Positions 1-12,832 of a stretch of 64,000 nt of DNA are shown piece by piece. The stretch comes from the human T2T-CHM13v2.0 reference genome, Homo sapiens. The notes under the pieces were generated by a model, which was not told the DNA's origin, ran no database searches, and worked only from the letters and a program-made list of their open reading frames with translations. The stretch lies in NCBI RefSeq assembly GCF_009914755.1, contig NC_060934.1. One strand, 5' to 3'. Within the stretch, counting starts at the first letter, position 1; each line of letters begins with the position of its first letter. The position numbers and the translations under genes are program-made.

Positions 1-1126
1 AAAGAATGGGAAGGATCTCCTGCTGCTGGGAGGAGACCTGGGGGCTGGAAGCATCCAGCCAGCTGCTTTTCTTTTTTTCCAGATTTTGTATTTCAGGAAA
101 TGGCCTCAGTGGCCCTGTAGAAAACATAGAGATTCCTGCTGTCTGGATTAAATCTTTCTGGCTGTTGAAGGAAGCACTTCCAGGCTATCTGGATCCTAAT
201 CATGGGGTAGAACTGAGTGAAATGTAGCTGTGTCTCCTCTTCCCACCTCCCTCTGTTAAGGACTCAGTGCTGAGCACTGAGACTTGCTTGGGAAAGTGAC
301 TTCCCAGGGCTTCTGTTGGCTGCAGAAGCTCCCATTTCTGTTTAAATAGGCTACTTTCTCTACAGCCAACCCTGGGTTTTTGGTCTAGGGACTCTTTTAT
401 GGGAAGACATTTTGGAATCCTTTTGCTTTGTCTTGGAAGTATGGAAGAAGAACCAATGGATCAAACATCAAAGCAATCAAGAGCACTTGGATATTCTAGA
501 GTTCCTTTCTCTCTGCCTGCCAAATTCTACTTTGTTTTTTTCCTCTCTGTCTGCGCAATTCTATGCTGTTGAGGTGACCATTGAACTCTAGGTGGGATGA
601 AACCACCCTATGCACAGGACACCAGGACACATCACTTCTCTGTGGCCATGTCCCATGAGCCCCTGAATGGGGATGGGGTAGGGAAGGAAGCATTAAGTGT
701 TCAGCTGCAGTTGTGAAGGGAACTGTCAATCCAGGGCACGAGTTGCTGAAGCCTCCCATTGACCCAGATATTCTGCTATCTTGAAAGCTTTATCTTCTAA
801 GACAATGTTGACTAACAGCTTTTCTTTTATTCACATTTCTGTTTCAAAAGAATAACAAATAAGCTTAATTCTTCACAAAATCTTCAGCAAATGCCTTTTA
901 ATCCAGCACAATGGTAGTTATTTTAAGAAGGCTGGCAAAGAACCACAGGGCTTTTCTATTTTTCAGTCTGGGGTTCTTTGCTCATACAGAAGCACTCAAT
1001 CACTTTTAATCTTGGCTTGCACCAAGCCACATCAACTTTGTTTGCACAGAACTGATATAACTGCCTTAAGCTCTTCTGGTCTGTTTTTCATCTCCCCATT
1101 GAGCCTTAAAATTTAAATAACAGGTT

Positions 1127-1128
<2 letters not shown>

Positions 1129-1169
<41 letters not shown>
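1129..1169. repeat. (AC)20 microsatellite
   Basis: Uninterrupted AC run. Confidence 0.97.
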
Positions 1170-1171
<2 letters not shown>

Positions 1172-1539
1172 TTCTTAGATACCATGTATCTTTGCTCACT
1201 GTAATTTCTGGGATTTGATTCCACACCCAAGCTACGTTTGTGGAAGGAAGAGAATGGTAAGCACCACGTATAAATGGAGAGAAGGAGCTCAAGGAAGCAC
1301 CTGATGAATGAATGAAGTAGCTCTCAGAGGAGGACAGCCTTCAGGGGCCTGGAAAGACAAACCATTAAAGTCTTCCTTGGCCAGCAGAGGTGTGGGGAAT
1401 CTCTGTTCTCTAGAGATAAGAACAATCTCGAGGTTTTCATCTAAGTTACCAAAATGAGAGGTCCTCTGTGGATTTCAGGTCAGGCTTCCTTGGGTTATTA
1501 TCTGGCATAGATGACCACAACTTTGAAATCAGCTCTTCA

Positions 1540-1806
1540 GGCTAGGCACAGTGGCTTATGCCTGTAATCCCAGGGCTTTGGGAGGCTGAGCCCAGGAGTT
1601 TGCGACCAACAGGGCTAACACAATAAGACCTTATCTCTACAAAAAAAAAAAAAAAAATTAGCTGAGTGTGGTGGTGCATGCCTGTAGTCCCAGCTATTCA
1701 GGAGGCTGAGGTGGAAGAATCACTTGAGCCCAGGAGTTTGAGGCTGCAGTGAGCTCTGATTGCATCACTGCCCTGAAGCCTGGGCAACAGAGTGAGACCC
1801 TGTCTC

Positions 1807-1838
<32 letters not shown>

Positions 1839-1850
1839 AATTTTAAAAAA
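1540..1850 (+). mobile_element. AluJ-type SINE with left-arm deletion and (TAAA)n tail
   Basis: Alu consensus match; TSD TGAAA(T/C)CAGCTCTTCA at 1524-1539 and 1851-1866. Confidence 0.93.
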
Positions 1851-2556
1851 TGAAACCAGCTCTTCAATGCTCCTGTAGCCCTGAGTTTATTCTGCTCACC
1901 TCCCAGCCTCACCCCATTTCTTTTAAATAAACTTTCTGTTTTGAAAACATTTTAAAGGTGAAAAGAGAATACAGACTCCTGGTACACTCCACCCGGTTTC
2001 TCTAGTGTTAATGTCTTACCTTACCTTCAAGCTCCCACCCCATTTAAAAAGTTCCTTTTTCTTTTCCTTCTGATAAAACCATAGAATTGCCTTGCTGATA
2101 GCAGTAATACTTAGGATAAAGAAGATGCTGAGTATTTTGCCAGTGGTTAACAATCTTTAGCTGGAGTTTGTTCCATTCTTTAAGAAATAAAACTTTGTAT
2201 TCAAATTTATTCTTAAATTGAGATGTGCAAGAGGGAGATGACTTTCTTCATGACATGTGTAAGTGGGGATTAGGCCAAACCAAAGTCACTTCTCCTACTT
2301 CAGTTTTAGGGCAATCTTTGTGGATCAGGCCATCTCCACAATCTGAAAATTTTAGCAGTTTTCTTTGGTGTGAACCCTGCCAGTTTATATCAGGTTGCCT
2401 TATGTGCGTGGTTAAGAATAATATATCACTGGATGGAACTAATTGAGCTCTTTTCCACACAATGATCTGAAAGATGTGTTAGACAAAGAAGCAGTCAGAG
2501 GTGAGTAAGGCTTTTAGTAATGTCTAGTACACAGCAGTTATAAATAATGCTGCTTT

Positions 2557-3020
<464 letters not shown>

Positions 3021-3913
3021 CCCTGCTTTATCAAGATCTCTTTTTGGATTTGGAAGTATAAATGCATGAAGCCTCCAGAAGACCTTGAATCTGCAGGTTG
3101 AAATGAACCTGTAGATTTGATTTCCTAACAAAATCAAGTGACTAAAAAGAATTAGAAAAGAGCAAACTGGAAAAGGCCTCTCTGCTATGGATAGACTCCA
3201 AGCAGACCATTCATTCATTTTTGTCTTCTTGAAGTAGCAGAAATAAGGACTCAGAAGATAGATGGCCATCCTAGAGGAACTGCCCTCTTTCACCAAATTG
3301 TAATGCTTTTTAGGACAACGACAGAGAGGTGCTCAGGAAGAATCTGAGTCATGAACGTGTTCAATTTCCATCTGACTCCACTCTCTATTTCAGATTGAGG
3401 TTCTGCACGTCAGAGAAGCTCATGGGGAATTGGTTGCTTTTGCACACTTTTGTGGGAGCCCGGCCTCTCCCCTTTCTCTCCTCCTCTTCTGTCCTTCCAC
3501 TCCTCTCCCCACCCTCTGAAGATCTTATTGATTTTCCACCTTATTTCATCTAGGGAAAATCTCTAGATGAAATAAGATAAGAGTGCTAAGAAGGAAAGAT
3601 GGAATTATGTATATCCGGCGGACACAGATTTTCTCCATAACCCTTTGACTGCAGTTAATAAAATGATTGTTTCTTCTAATCTTAGGTAGGAGCCTTGAAT
3701 CAATAGAAACAGTGTACAGAAACTAATGTGATCTCTTGGCATAAACCTTATCATACTCCAAGAAAATAGTGGAACCAGTGTACTATAGAAATTTGCACTT
3801 TTCAAAGAAAAACAAAACAGAAAACTTAGCTTATAATTCTTTTCAAGGAGCTCTTATTGAGGAATAAATTTTGATGGAATTGCTTCATTTCACGTTGTAT
3901 AATCATCATACAG

Positions 3914-4220
3914 TTTTGTTTTCTTTTTGACAGAATCTTCCTCTGTTTCCCAGGCTGGTGTGCAGTGGTGTGATCCCAGCTCACTGCAGCCTCTGACCCC
4001 CTGGGCTCAAGCAATCCTCTCACCTCAGCCTCCAGAGTAGCTGGGACTATAGACGTGCACCACCACATTTGGCTGTTTTTGGTTTGTTTTTTAAATTTTT
4101 TGTAGAGACGAGGTCTCACTATATTGCCTAGTCTGGTCTCAAACTCCCTGGCTGAAGTGACCCTGCAACCTTAGCCTCCCAAAGTGCTGGGATTACAGAT
4201 GCAAGTCACCACACCCAGTC
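3914..4220 (-). mobile_element. AluJ-type SINE
   Basis: Antisense Alu dimer with J-type right arm. Confidence 0.9.
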
Positions 4221-6149
4221 CACAGAGATCTTATGTTATATGTAAATTCATGCAGAAACAGAAGTTGGTATAACAGCTAAATTTTGTTCAATACAAAATC
4301 AAATAGAGTTGGACATTGACTTATGAATTAGGGCGGTAAACTGAAATGGATAATTTAATTTCTAAAGTGGATTTTTATCCCAAAGCATCCGATTGGTCTT
4401 TACCCAGGTGAAACTGATCTCTCCCAGCTCTCCATTTTGGCTTCTGCCATGTAAACTGAAGGCCATAAACGAATGCTAGCTCTCTATTTTAGATTTTCAC
4501 GGTATTCTCCAATGCCTCTCTTGTCTAAGCCTTCTGTAACCTGTGTTTCCAGCTGTTGCTGTGCCGCACTTCATCCTCTGACCATTAGGAAATCGGTACA
4601 GGCCATTTCTTCAGCTTGTTGCGGTGTTCCTCACACTGCAGTTTGAATACTGGTGTTACTGGTTAGCCTGGAATCAGGTTCAAGTGTTGTAACAGTCATG
4701 AAGACTCACGTCCTGGCTTGTTAGGTGGTGGGTAGTGGGGTTGCTTAAGACAGCACTTCAGTTCAAAGTGAAGGCAAGAGGGAGTGGAGATTGGAGACTG
4801 TAGATCACAGAAATGCCAGAGCTCCTCAACTTGCAGGCACACGAATAGTCGGCAGAACTCACCAATGTGTGTGCAGGGAAAATGCAGCCAGCAGAGCAAT
4901 TGGGGGAAGCCATCCAACTAATAAGAGGCTTATAACTCTTTGGCAATTTGTTTAACTTGGGAGTTATTGCAAAGTCAGAAAGGTATTGGGCCCCCGGGAA
5001 ACTGGCAACGTTGCTTGGTGTCTCCCACGGTTAAAAGCAAGCTTTGCCAATGGGATTTTTTTTTTCCTTCAGGTGTTCAGTGTTGAGTTTTGCAGGCAAG
5101 GCCAAGCTTCTGGAAAAAGCAACATTAATCACATTGGCATGTTAGGTTAATGGGGCTGGTGGCTGCCCAAACTCCTCTACTTAAACAGGAACTACTGAGA
5201 TCTTCAAAGCTAGATGATCTGACTCACTCATTCATCTATCCATCCAACCAATGCTTACTGAGGTCCTGCCATGTGTCAGCAGTCACACCAAACATCAGAG
5301 GACAGACCCAGCTAAGGTCTCTCTTCCCTGTTCTCTCACCGCACATCCCAGCATTGCTACATTCTGTGTCCTGGTGGCCTTTGTTTAACTCTTGCCTCTG
5401 GAGTTCTGTTTTGAAAGTAAGGTAGGGGTAAAAGTCTCACAAGGGTCAAGGGGTTGAAAGTGTTTGTGGTTTATCTACTTATTCATTTAGAACATATTCA
5501 TTCAGTACCTATTATAAGCAATGTGCCCCAGAAATAGGTGATTTGGGCAGAGTTTTTATAGAGGAACTTTTGCCTATCCATATTTCCTATAAGAAACCTT
5601 AAACTAAATTTCCTGGAACTTACAGGGATAACAATTGATTATTATGCAGCTACTGAAGTCCAGGAGAAACATGAATTTGTAAGATGCATACTTTAGAGGA
5701 AAGAAAACATTTCAGAAAACTCCCTCTTTCTGCCTATGGATCCAAGAGACTGGATGGAAGGAAATGACTCTGGCTTGGAAGGGGACCTCAGGAACCGAAC
5801 ACACGTTCTCCAAACTCCCTATTCTTCCCTTTTCCACCATATCCAACCACTAGGGAGGTTCTAGGGATTCTACCCCATGACCTGGTTTTTTTTCATATAT
5901 CCCTGCTTTCCTCTCCATTTTTTGACTCCTATTGCCTCAGTGCAGAAGTGTTTATTGCTCTTGCATATCTCTCATTACTATAACACGTAGGTCAAAGATT
6001 TCCTTATCTCTAGTCTTTTCCTGCTCCAAGCCATTTTCCAAAATGCTGCCAGATTTATCTGCTGTATTCTACTATTCCTGTCCTTCAAAACACTATTTTA
6101 CAGGGCCTTTTGAGCGAGGCATTCATTTCCCAGCAGCACATCAAATAAA

Positions 6150-6335
6150 CAAGCATGATTGTTAAGAGTGTGGACCCTGGGATCAGGAGCATCTTGTTAA
6201 AATCTCAGTTTGGCCCATGAAACCTCAGTTTGCTCATCTGAAAAATGGGGGTGATACCCATATCACAGGTGGCAGTGAAGGGTGAGGAAGGACATTTGAA
6301 ATTCCTGGCACACTCAATAGGCACTCAGTAAGTAA
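6150..6335 (+). mobile_element. MIR relic
   Basis: CCTCAGTTTGCTCATCTGAAAAATGGGG MIR core and CCTGGCACA...CACTCAGTAA end. Confidence 0.7.
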
Positions 6336-6611
6336 TATTAATAAAAATGTTAATTATTATTATTATATTCTATAGCTCCACTCTAATTCTGCTTACAATC
6401 TCCTAAAGTGTCTCTATCTTTCCGCTTTTGCTCAAGTAGTTTGCTCTGTGTAGAATGTTCTTCCTTTCTTCCTGTTATCTCTCTGCCCTTTGATAACCTC
6501 CAGTTGGGCATGTCCTGAAGCCTTCTTTGGTTCCTGTAGAAGACAAACATTTTCCTTCCTTTAATTAACTCCTTGCCTGCACCTCCTTTTGTACTCTATA
6601 TTGGGCCTTGA

Positions 6612-7072
<461 letters not shown>

Positions 7073-7439
7073 TGATTTTTTCACTCATCAAAAGGGTGAC
7101 ATGAATCCTGGTGGCTTGGGAGGACTGGGTAGAAGAGCACCCCGTCCTTGGGGCTCTGCCTAGCAGCCTGGCTCTCTGAGCAGAGGCCAGTATCTGTAGC
7201 TATCCAATTCCACGAACCACCAGTCCCCTCCGAGACTGCCCAACTCTGAACATTCTGGTTTTCAGGATTTCTTGGATTTATCTGCACACTTACTGAATTT
7301 CAGAGCCGTAAGGCTGGGAGAGACATAGGAATTTTTCACTTTGGCCTCTTCATTCCTTAGATGAGAAAAACAGAGGCTGTACTGGGGTGTCACCTTCTTT
7401 GAGAAACGTGCCCTAAGGCTCATCCAGGATGGAATGAAT

Positions 7440-7655
7440 CATTCGGTTCCATTAGTGCATCTAGCACATTGTGTGTACTTCTGTTGAGGTATGGCTCACT
7501 CAGTTTTGCAGTTGTTTTTTTACACGACTGTCTCTAACAGTAAATTATAAGCTCTCTGCAGGCAAGGCTAGGGTTCATTTGTCTTTATGTCTCTGGTGCT
7601 CAAGAAAATGCCCAGGACACAGGAAATGCTCAATAAATATTGACTAAATGGAATG
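7440..7655 (+). mobile_element. L2 3' end relic
   Basis: ...ACACAGGAAATGCTCAATAAATATTGACTAAATG resembles the L2 terminus. Confidence 0.65.
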
Positions 7656-8927
7656 GACTCTAAGGAGGTTAAGTGACTGAGTTAGTGCTTTGCCTCTTCT
7701 GATTCCCAGGGCCATGATGTTTTCAAGATACCAGGCTGGTTTGCCTTATAAAATTTCTACAATCCTCATTCTAGAGGTCTAAGAAAATGCTAGTTGATAT
7801 TTGATCATTAAAAGATTCAATGTTGGCTCTTGAAAGCATTAAAAAAATCTTTGTGCAGGAGAAATCACTTACCTCTGGCAGAAAAAAAAGATCAAGAAGA
7901 AAAGTGATTACATTGATTACATTGGTAGGTAGCAAAAGCCACATGAAACGTATACAGGTGTACCAACAGTTTTTCCTTGTTAAATATCAGCTCTGTGGTA
8001 TGACAGAAGTGAGGGGAACCGGGTTCCTTTGCTGTGTCCTGAAGGTAGTGGTTAGAGTCACTTGCAGGGTTAATAAAGGCTGTTGAAATTGAGCTTCCGT
8101 TGGTGGTTAACCCTCTGCCTTCTTCAGGTTCCTGTGAGATACCTGACTGGCACTTCCCTTTCCAGATAAAAGACCTTGGGGGAAGTTGGTGAGGTAGTTA
8201 CCAGGGGCTACTAGGTGCTACCAACCTGTTGAAGCTCAGTGATGTTGGATAGGGTGTGTACACTCTGGGACACACAGATGAGTTGAAAAAGAACAAAATT
8301 CACTGTAAGTGGGTCTTGCAGTCTTGTACACTTCAGAACTCAATTATGCACATGACTATGGCCTGCCCCTGCATATGAAATGCTGCAGATGTAACCAATG
8401 TAGGAATTCATGCCAATCAGGGTAAGGAACAGTAAATGAAGCAGATGGGAAGATGAGCTCAGGCTTCCAGGTGGTGTACTGCCTGTGTGAGTGAGCCACT
8501 GCATTTTTTCCTAGGTATTGACATTTCAGAAGTGGTTGACATCCTTGGTATCCAATGCTCCCTCCCAAACCCCATGGGCCAGGCCACTTTGGGGCCACGT
8601 AATTGCCAGAGGCCATCAAGTCATGGAAAGGAATTCTGTTTGCCTGTCTGCTCAAGTGTTGCCAAAGGACATTCTGAAAATTCTCAAATGCCTCAAATGG
8701 GACTAAATGACTTGTAGAAACCCCTGCCTGTCTTAGGGTACAATAGATTTGGAAGTGAGAAAGACCTAGATTTGCATAACTGCTCCTTTCTTTCCATATA
8801 AAGGACTGGGGAGAGATTAGTGAGTAGTTACCAGGGGGCTAACTGGGGAAAGAAACTCTCTGAAACTTTCCTGTCTCTAAGATAGGATCAGCAGTCACTG
8901 CGCAGTTATGAACAGTACTTTATATAA

Positions 8928-9668
8928 TGTATTAGGGTTTTCCAGAGTAGCAGAAGCAACAGATGTGTTGTGTATCTGTGTGTGTGTGTGGTGTGTGTAT
9001 TTACACACATATGTAAAGAGATTGATTTTGGGCTAGGTGCGGTGGCTCACACCTATAATCCCAGCACTTTGGGAGGCTGAGGTGGGTGAATCACGAGGTC
9101 AGGAGTTGGAGACCAGCCTAGCTAACACGGTAAAACCCCATCTCTACTAAAAACACAAAAAATTAGCTGGGTGTAGTGGCAGCAGCCCGTAATCCCAGCT
9201 ACTGAGGAGAATCGCTTGAACCCAGGAGGCGGAGATTGCAGTGAGCCAAGATCATGCCACTGCACTCCAGCATGAGTGACAGAGTGAGACTCGGTCTCAA
9301 AAATAAATAAAAAAAAATAAAAATAAAAAGATTGATTTTAAGGAATTGGCTTATACAATTGTGGGTGTTGGCAAGTCTGAAACCTGCAGGGCAGGCCATC
9401 AGGCTGGAAGAGGACACTCAACTAAGGGTTTTCATGTTGCCCTCTGGAGGCAGAACTTCTTCTTTTGGGGGAAACTCAATATTTAGTCTTAAGACCTTCA
9501 AGTGATTGGACAAAGCCTGAGGACAACCTGCTTTACTCAAAGTCCACCGATGGAGATGTTCATCACATCTGAAAAACACCTTCACAGCAACAGCTAAGCT
9601 GGTATTTGACCAAACAACTAGGCATTATAGCCTAGCCAGGCTGACCCATAAAACGATGGTGACTTACA
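8928..9668 (-). mobile_element. MLT2-type (ERVL) solo LTR interrupted by an Alu
   Basis: TGTATTAGGGTTT...AAGGAATTGGCTTA...GGCAAGTCTGAAA...CTTCACAGCAACA...TTTGACCAAACAACT...GCCTAGCCAGGCTGAC matches recalled MLT2 consensus; internal (TG)n. Confidence 0.8.
9030..9326 (+). mobile_element. AluS (Sg/Sc-like) inserted in MLT2
   Basis: Alu with ATCACGAGGTC; AGATTGATTTT repeated on both sides. Confidence 0.92.
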
Positions 9669-11760
9669 CAGAGCGGACCCCAGAGAACTCTCACCCCCTC
9701 TGACTCTGTCCTTATCATGTTCTTCCCCTCTGCCCCTCCTGGGACCTCTCCTTTGGTCTCCCTCTCCGTCTCCTTATTCTAATATTTTTAGGTTCATTCC
9801 CTGAGTTGTGTCACTTCTTTACTCTTCTGATTTTCTGCCCCTCTATCATGCATTTTCTTTCCAGCTGCCTCCTTCCCACCCCACTCCTCACTACACTAAG
9901 GTACCCTCTGCATCCTTTAGAAAACACCATCATAACCATTTTTCTGTTCTCGCTCAGTAGAAGATCAGGAGCTCAGTTCAATATGGAGAGATGTATGTTC
10001 AGCTCCATTCTTTGTTATCCTCTTATTTTATTGTTGGACGTGAATGAAAGTGATCACAATAATACAAACCAACTCCCTTTAGCTTCCCACCACCCTTCCT
10101 TCTCTGACCGGGAGCTCAGTGTTGTTCTGGGAACTCCAAGGACTTGTGTGCGGTTTCATGTTGGGAAGAGTCACCTCTTCAGGAGTGAATGAACTCTCCA
10201 GTCTCCTAGGGAGCCCCAACCCTGAGGAAGACCTTCAGCTGGCTGCTGTCCTGCATGGCCTGCCGTGGGGTGAGGACCAGGGTAGCTGTGCTGTGGGTAG
10301 ATGACACTGCACACAGAGGCAGCCCACCTGCCCAAACCCATGGCATCCTTCATGGTCACGGGGTATCCGGTGCCTGCAGATCCTGTGTGTTCTCCAAAGA
10401 ATGCAGCTACCAGGTACTCCATTTACTTTTACAAGGGATTTTCCTTTTAGAGATTCAAGTGCTCCTAATCTAATTGTACATTTAAGAAAACCTAATGCTA
10501 AAAGAATAAGGAAAGGCATCTTGAAGGCAGATCATGAGAGCAGTTGTCCCAGAGCCGGGTTTCACTAGAAAAGTCTCTGAGCCTAAGGAGGACATTTTCA
10601 GATGAGGAATCTGAGAATAACAAGCTCACAGTCAAACAGGGCACAGACTAATACTATGTCTCCTGATTTTTTCTTTCCCCCATAATCTCAGTCTTTCTCC
10701 AACTGAGAGACGGAACACTGAAGTGCCCTGTAGCCAGCTAAGAATTCCACTGGTAAGTCCCTGGTGCTCATTACCCTGGGCGCAGACATGCATGAAAACT
10801 CCAAGCCATTCTTTTAAGAGAGGGACTGTGTCATCTGGCTGCTTTTGAAGGACTCTATTTTCTATCCCCAGAAGCACCACTACTCCTCAGAATATTATCT
10901 TCTTAATGCCAGAGTTTCGAGGGCAAGGATATCCATCCATCTTATTAAATCAGAAATAGCCTCACCCAATTTTCTAGCACAGAATGGAACAGTCATCAGT
11001 TAAAAAAATAACTTTTAATAAGCTCCATTGTTAGGATCCTGTTTTCCCAGAACAGGGAAAACAGGATTTCATTTTTTTTTTGTAACCCTTCCTCTCTAGG
11101 CATTTCTGCATTGAAAATGTCAGGGCCATAGTAATTTTCTCCAGAGACTACATTTTCATTTTCTAACCTCTTCCTCTGTTCTTAGACCGCCATGCACAGC
11201 TATCAGCATCTGCTTGGGTTGCTAAGCTAATATTTTACCTGCAACCAATATCCCATCTCACTCTCCTTACTAAAAATAATTCCCTGAAAATCTAATAAAA
11301 ATGATTGAAAAACCTCCAGCACATTATTTTTGGTCAAGTTCCTTCAGACCTTTTGCTTGATTTCACCTAGGCTCAAGTAAAAAATAGGTTGACAAGGTTA
11401 TTTTTTAATCAAATCTATAAAATTTCTACCTGTGCAGTCCCGAATATTTGTTTCTCCAGGAACCCTAGATTTAATTTTGTTTTAAAGGACTACATAGGCT
11501 AATTTCTTTAAATTATAACTTTTTTTTGCTATAAACACCAAATTATGACTCTACCTGCCCTTCCCACTAAGATCATGAACTCAGTGTGCAGAGATTATGT
11601 TCAGTTCAATTTTTTTGTCGTACTCTTATTTCATTATTGGAAATGAATTAAAGTTATTTCAACAATACAGATCAGCTACACTGATGTTAGTCCCAAGGAC
11701 ATTGCTTACCAAGTACTAGGTAATAGGTGTCAAGATTTTATATCTGTTATTTACATTCTG

Positions 11761-12068
11761 TTTTTTTTTTTTTTTTTTTTTTTTTTGAAATGGAGTCTCA
11801 CTCTTTTGCCCAGGCTGGAGGGCAGTGGTGCAATCCTGGCTCACTGCAGCCTCTACCTCCCGGGTTCAAGCGATTCTTGTCCCTCAGCCTCCTGAGTAGC
11901 TGATACTACAGGCACACACCACCACGCCCGACTAATTTTTGTATTCTTAGTAGAGACGGGGTTTCACCATGTTGGCCAGGCTGGTCTCGAACTCCTGGCC
12001 TCAAGTGATCTGCCTGCCTTGGCCTCCCAAAGTGCTGGGATTACAGGAGTCAGCCACCACACCCTGCC
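11761..12068 (-). mobile_element. AluS-type SINE
   Basis: Long T tract followed by full antisense Alu. Confidence 0.94.
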
Positions 12069-12539
12069 AAAAAACGTATTCTTCACAGTGATTACCACAC
12101 AACTCTAGTCTCTTTTCAACATGTTTGGTCCAAAGACACTGTTTTCTATGGATATTCCCTGGAGATCTCTTAGATGCCTACAGCTGTGGGAGAGGAAATT
12201 TGTTTAAATCAGTTCCTTTAGTGATGGAAGAATACGATCATATTGATCTAGCCTAACTCTGCCATTTCACAGGTAAGATGGAGTTTCATAGTGTGAATGC
12301 ATAGAGCCATGTTACATTAACAGACATGTTTAAAACAGGAGAATATTTCGAAGGAGGCAATTCAACTGGTGAATGAATGAAAAATCTTGTCATAGAAGAA
12401 GTGGTTGAAGGAATTCAGCCTGGGAAAAAGAAAGACATGTGCATATCATTTTAAAATATTTACATGTGCTCATATTTTTTAAAAAAGATTAAATTTATTT
12501 GACGAAGCTGTGTAGAAAAAGGTGATCAAAGTTGTTAGA

Positions 12540-12832
12540 GGCTGTGCACGGTGGCTCACGCACCAGCACTTTAGGAGGCTGAGGCTGGTGGATTGTTTGA
12601 GCCCAGAAGTTCGAGACCAGCTTGGACAACACGGGGAAAACCCATGTTTACAAAAAGTACAGAAGTTAGCCGGGCATAGTGGTGTGCACGTGTAGTCCCA
12701 GCTACTTGGGAGACTGAGGCAGGAGGATTGCTCGAGCCCAGGAGCTTGAAGCTGCAGTGAGCTGTGATCATGCCCTGTGCTGCAGCCTGGGTGACAGAAT
12801 GAGAGACCCTATCTCGAAAAAAAAAAAAAAAA
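12540..12832 (+). mobile_element. AluJ-type SINE
   Basis: Alu dimer; AAAGTTGT on both flanks. Confidence 0.92.

Noticed and set aside
7866-7905. Minus-strand pyrimidine tract followed by CAGAG/GTAAGT as a recursive splice site
   Set aside because: The AG adjacent to the donor is a weak GAG and there is no evidence of a minus-strand host transcript.
8036-8056. Resemblance to the Y1 RNA 5' end (GAAGGTAGTG)
   Set aside because: The match is only about 10-15 nt and does not extend.
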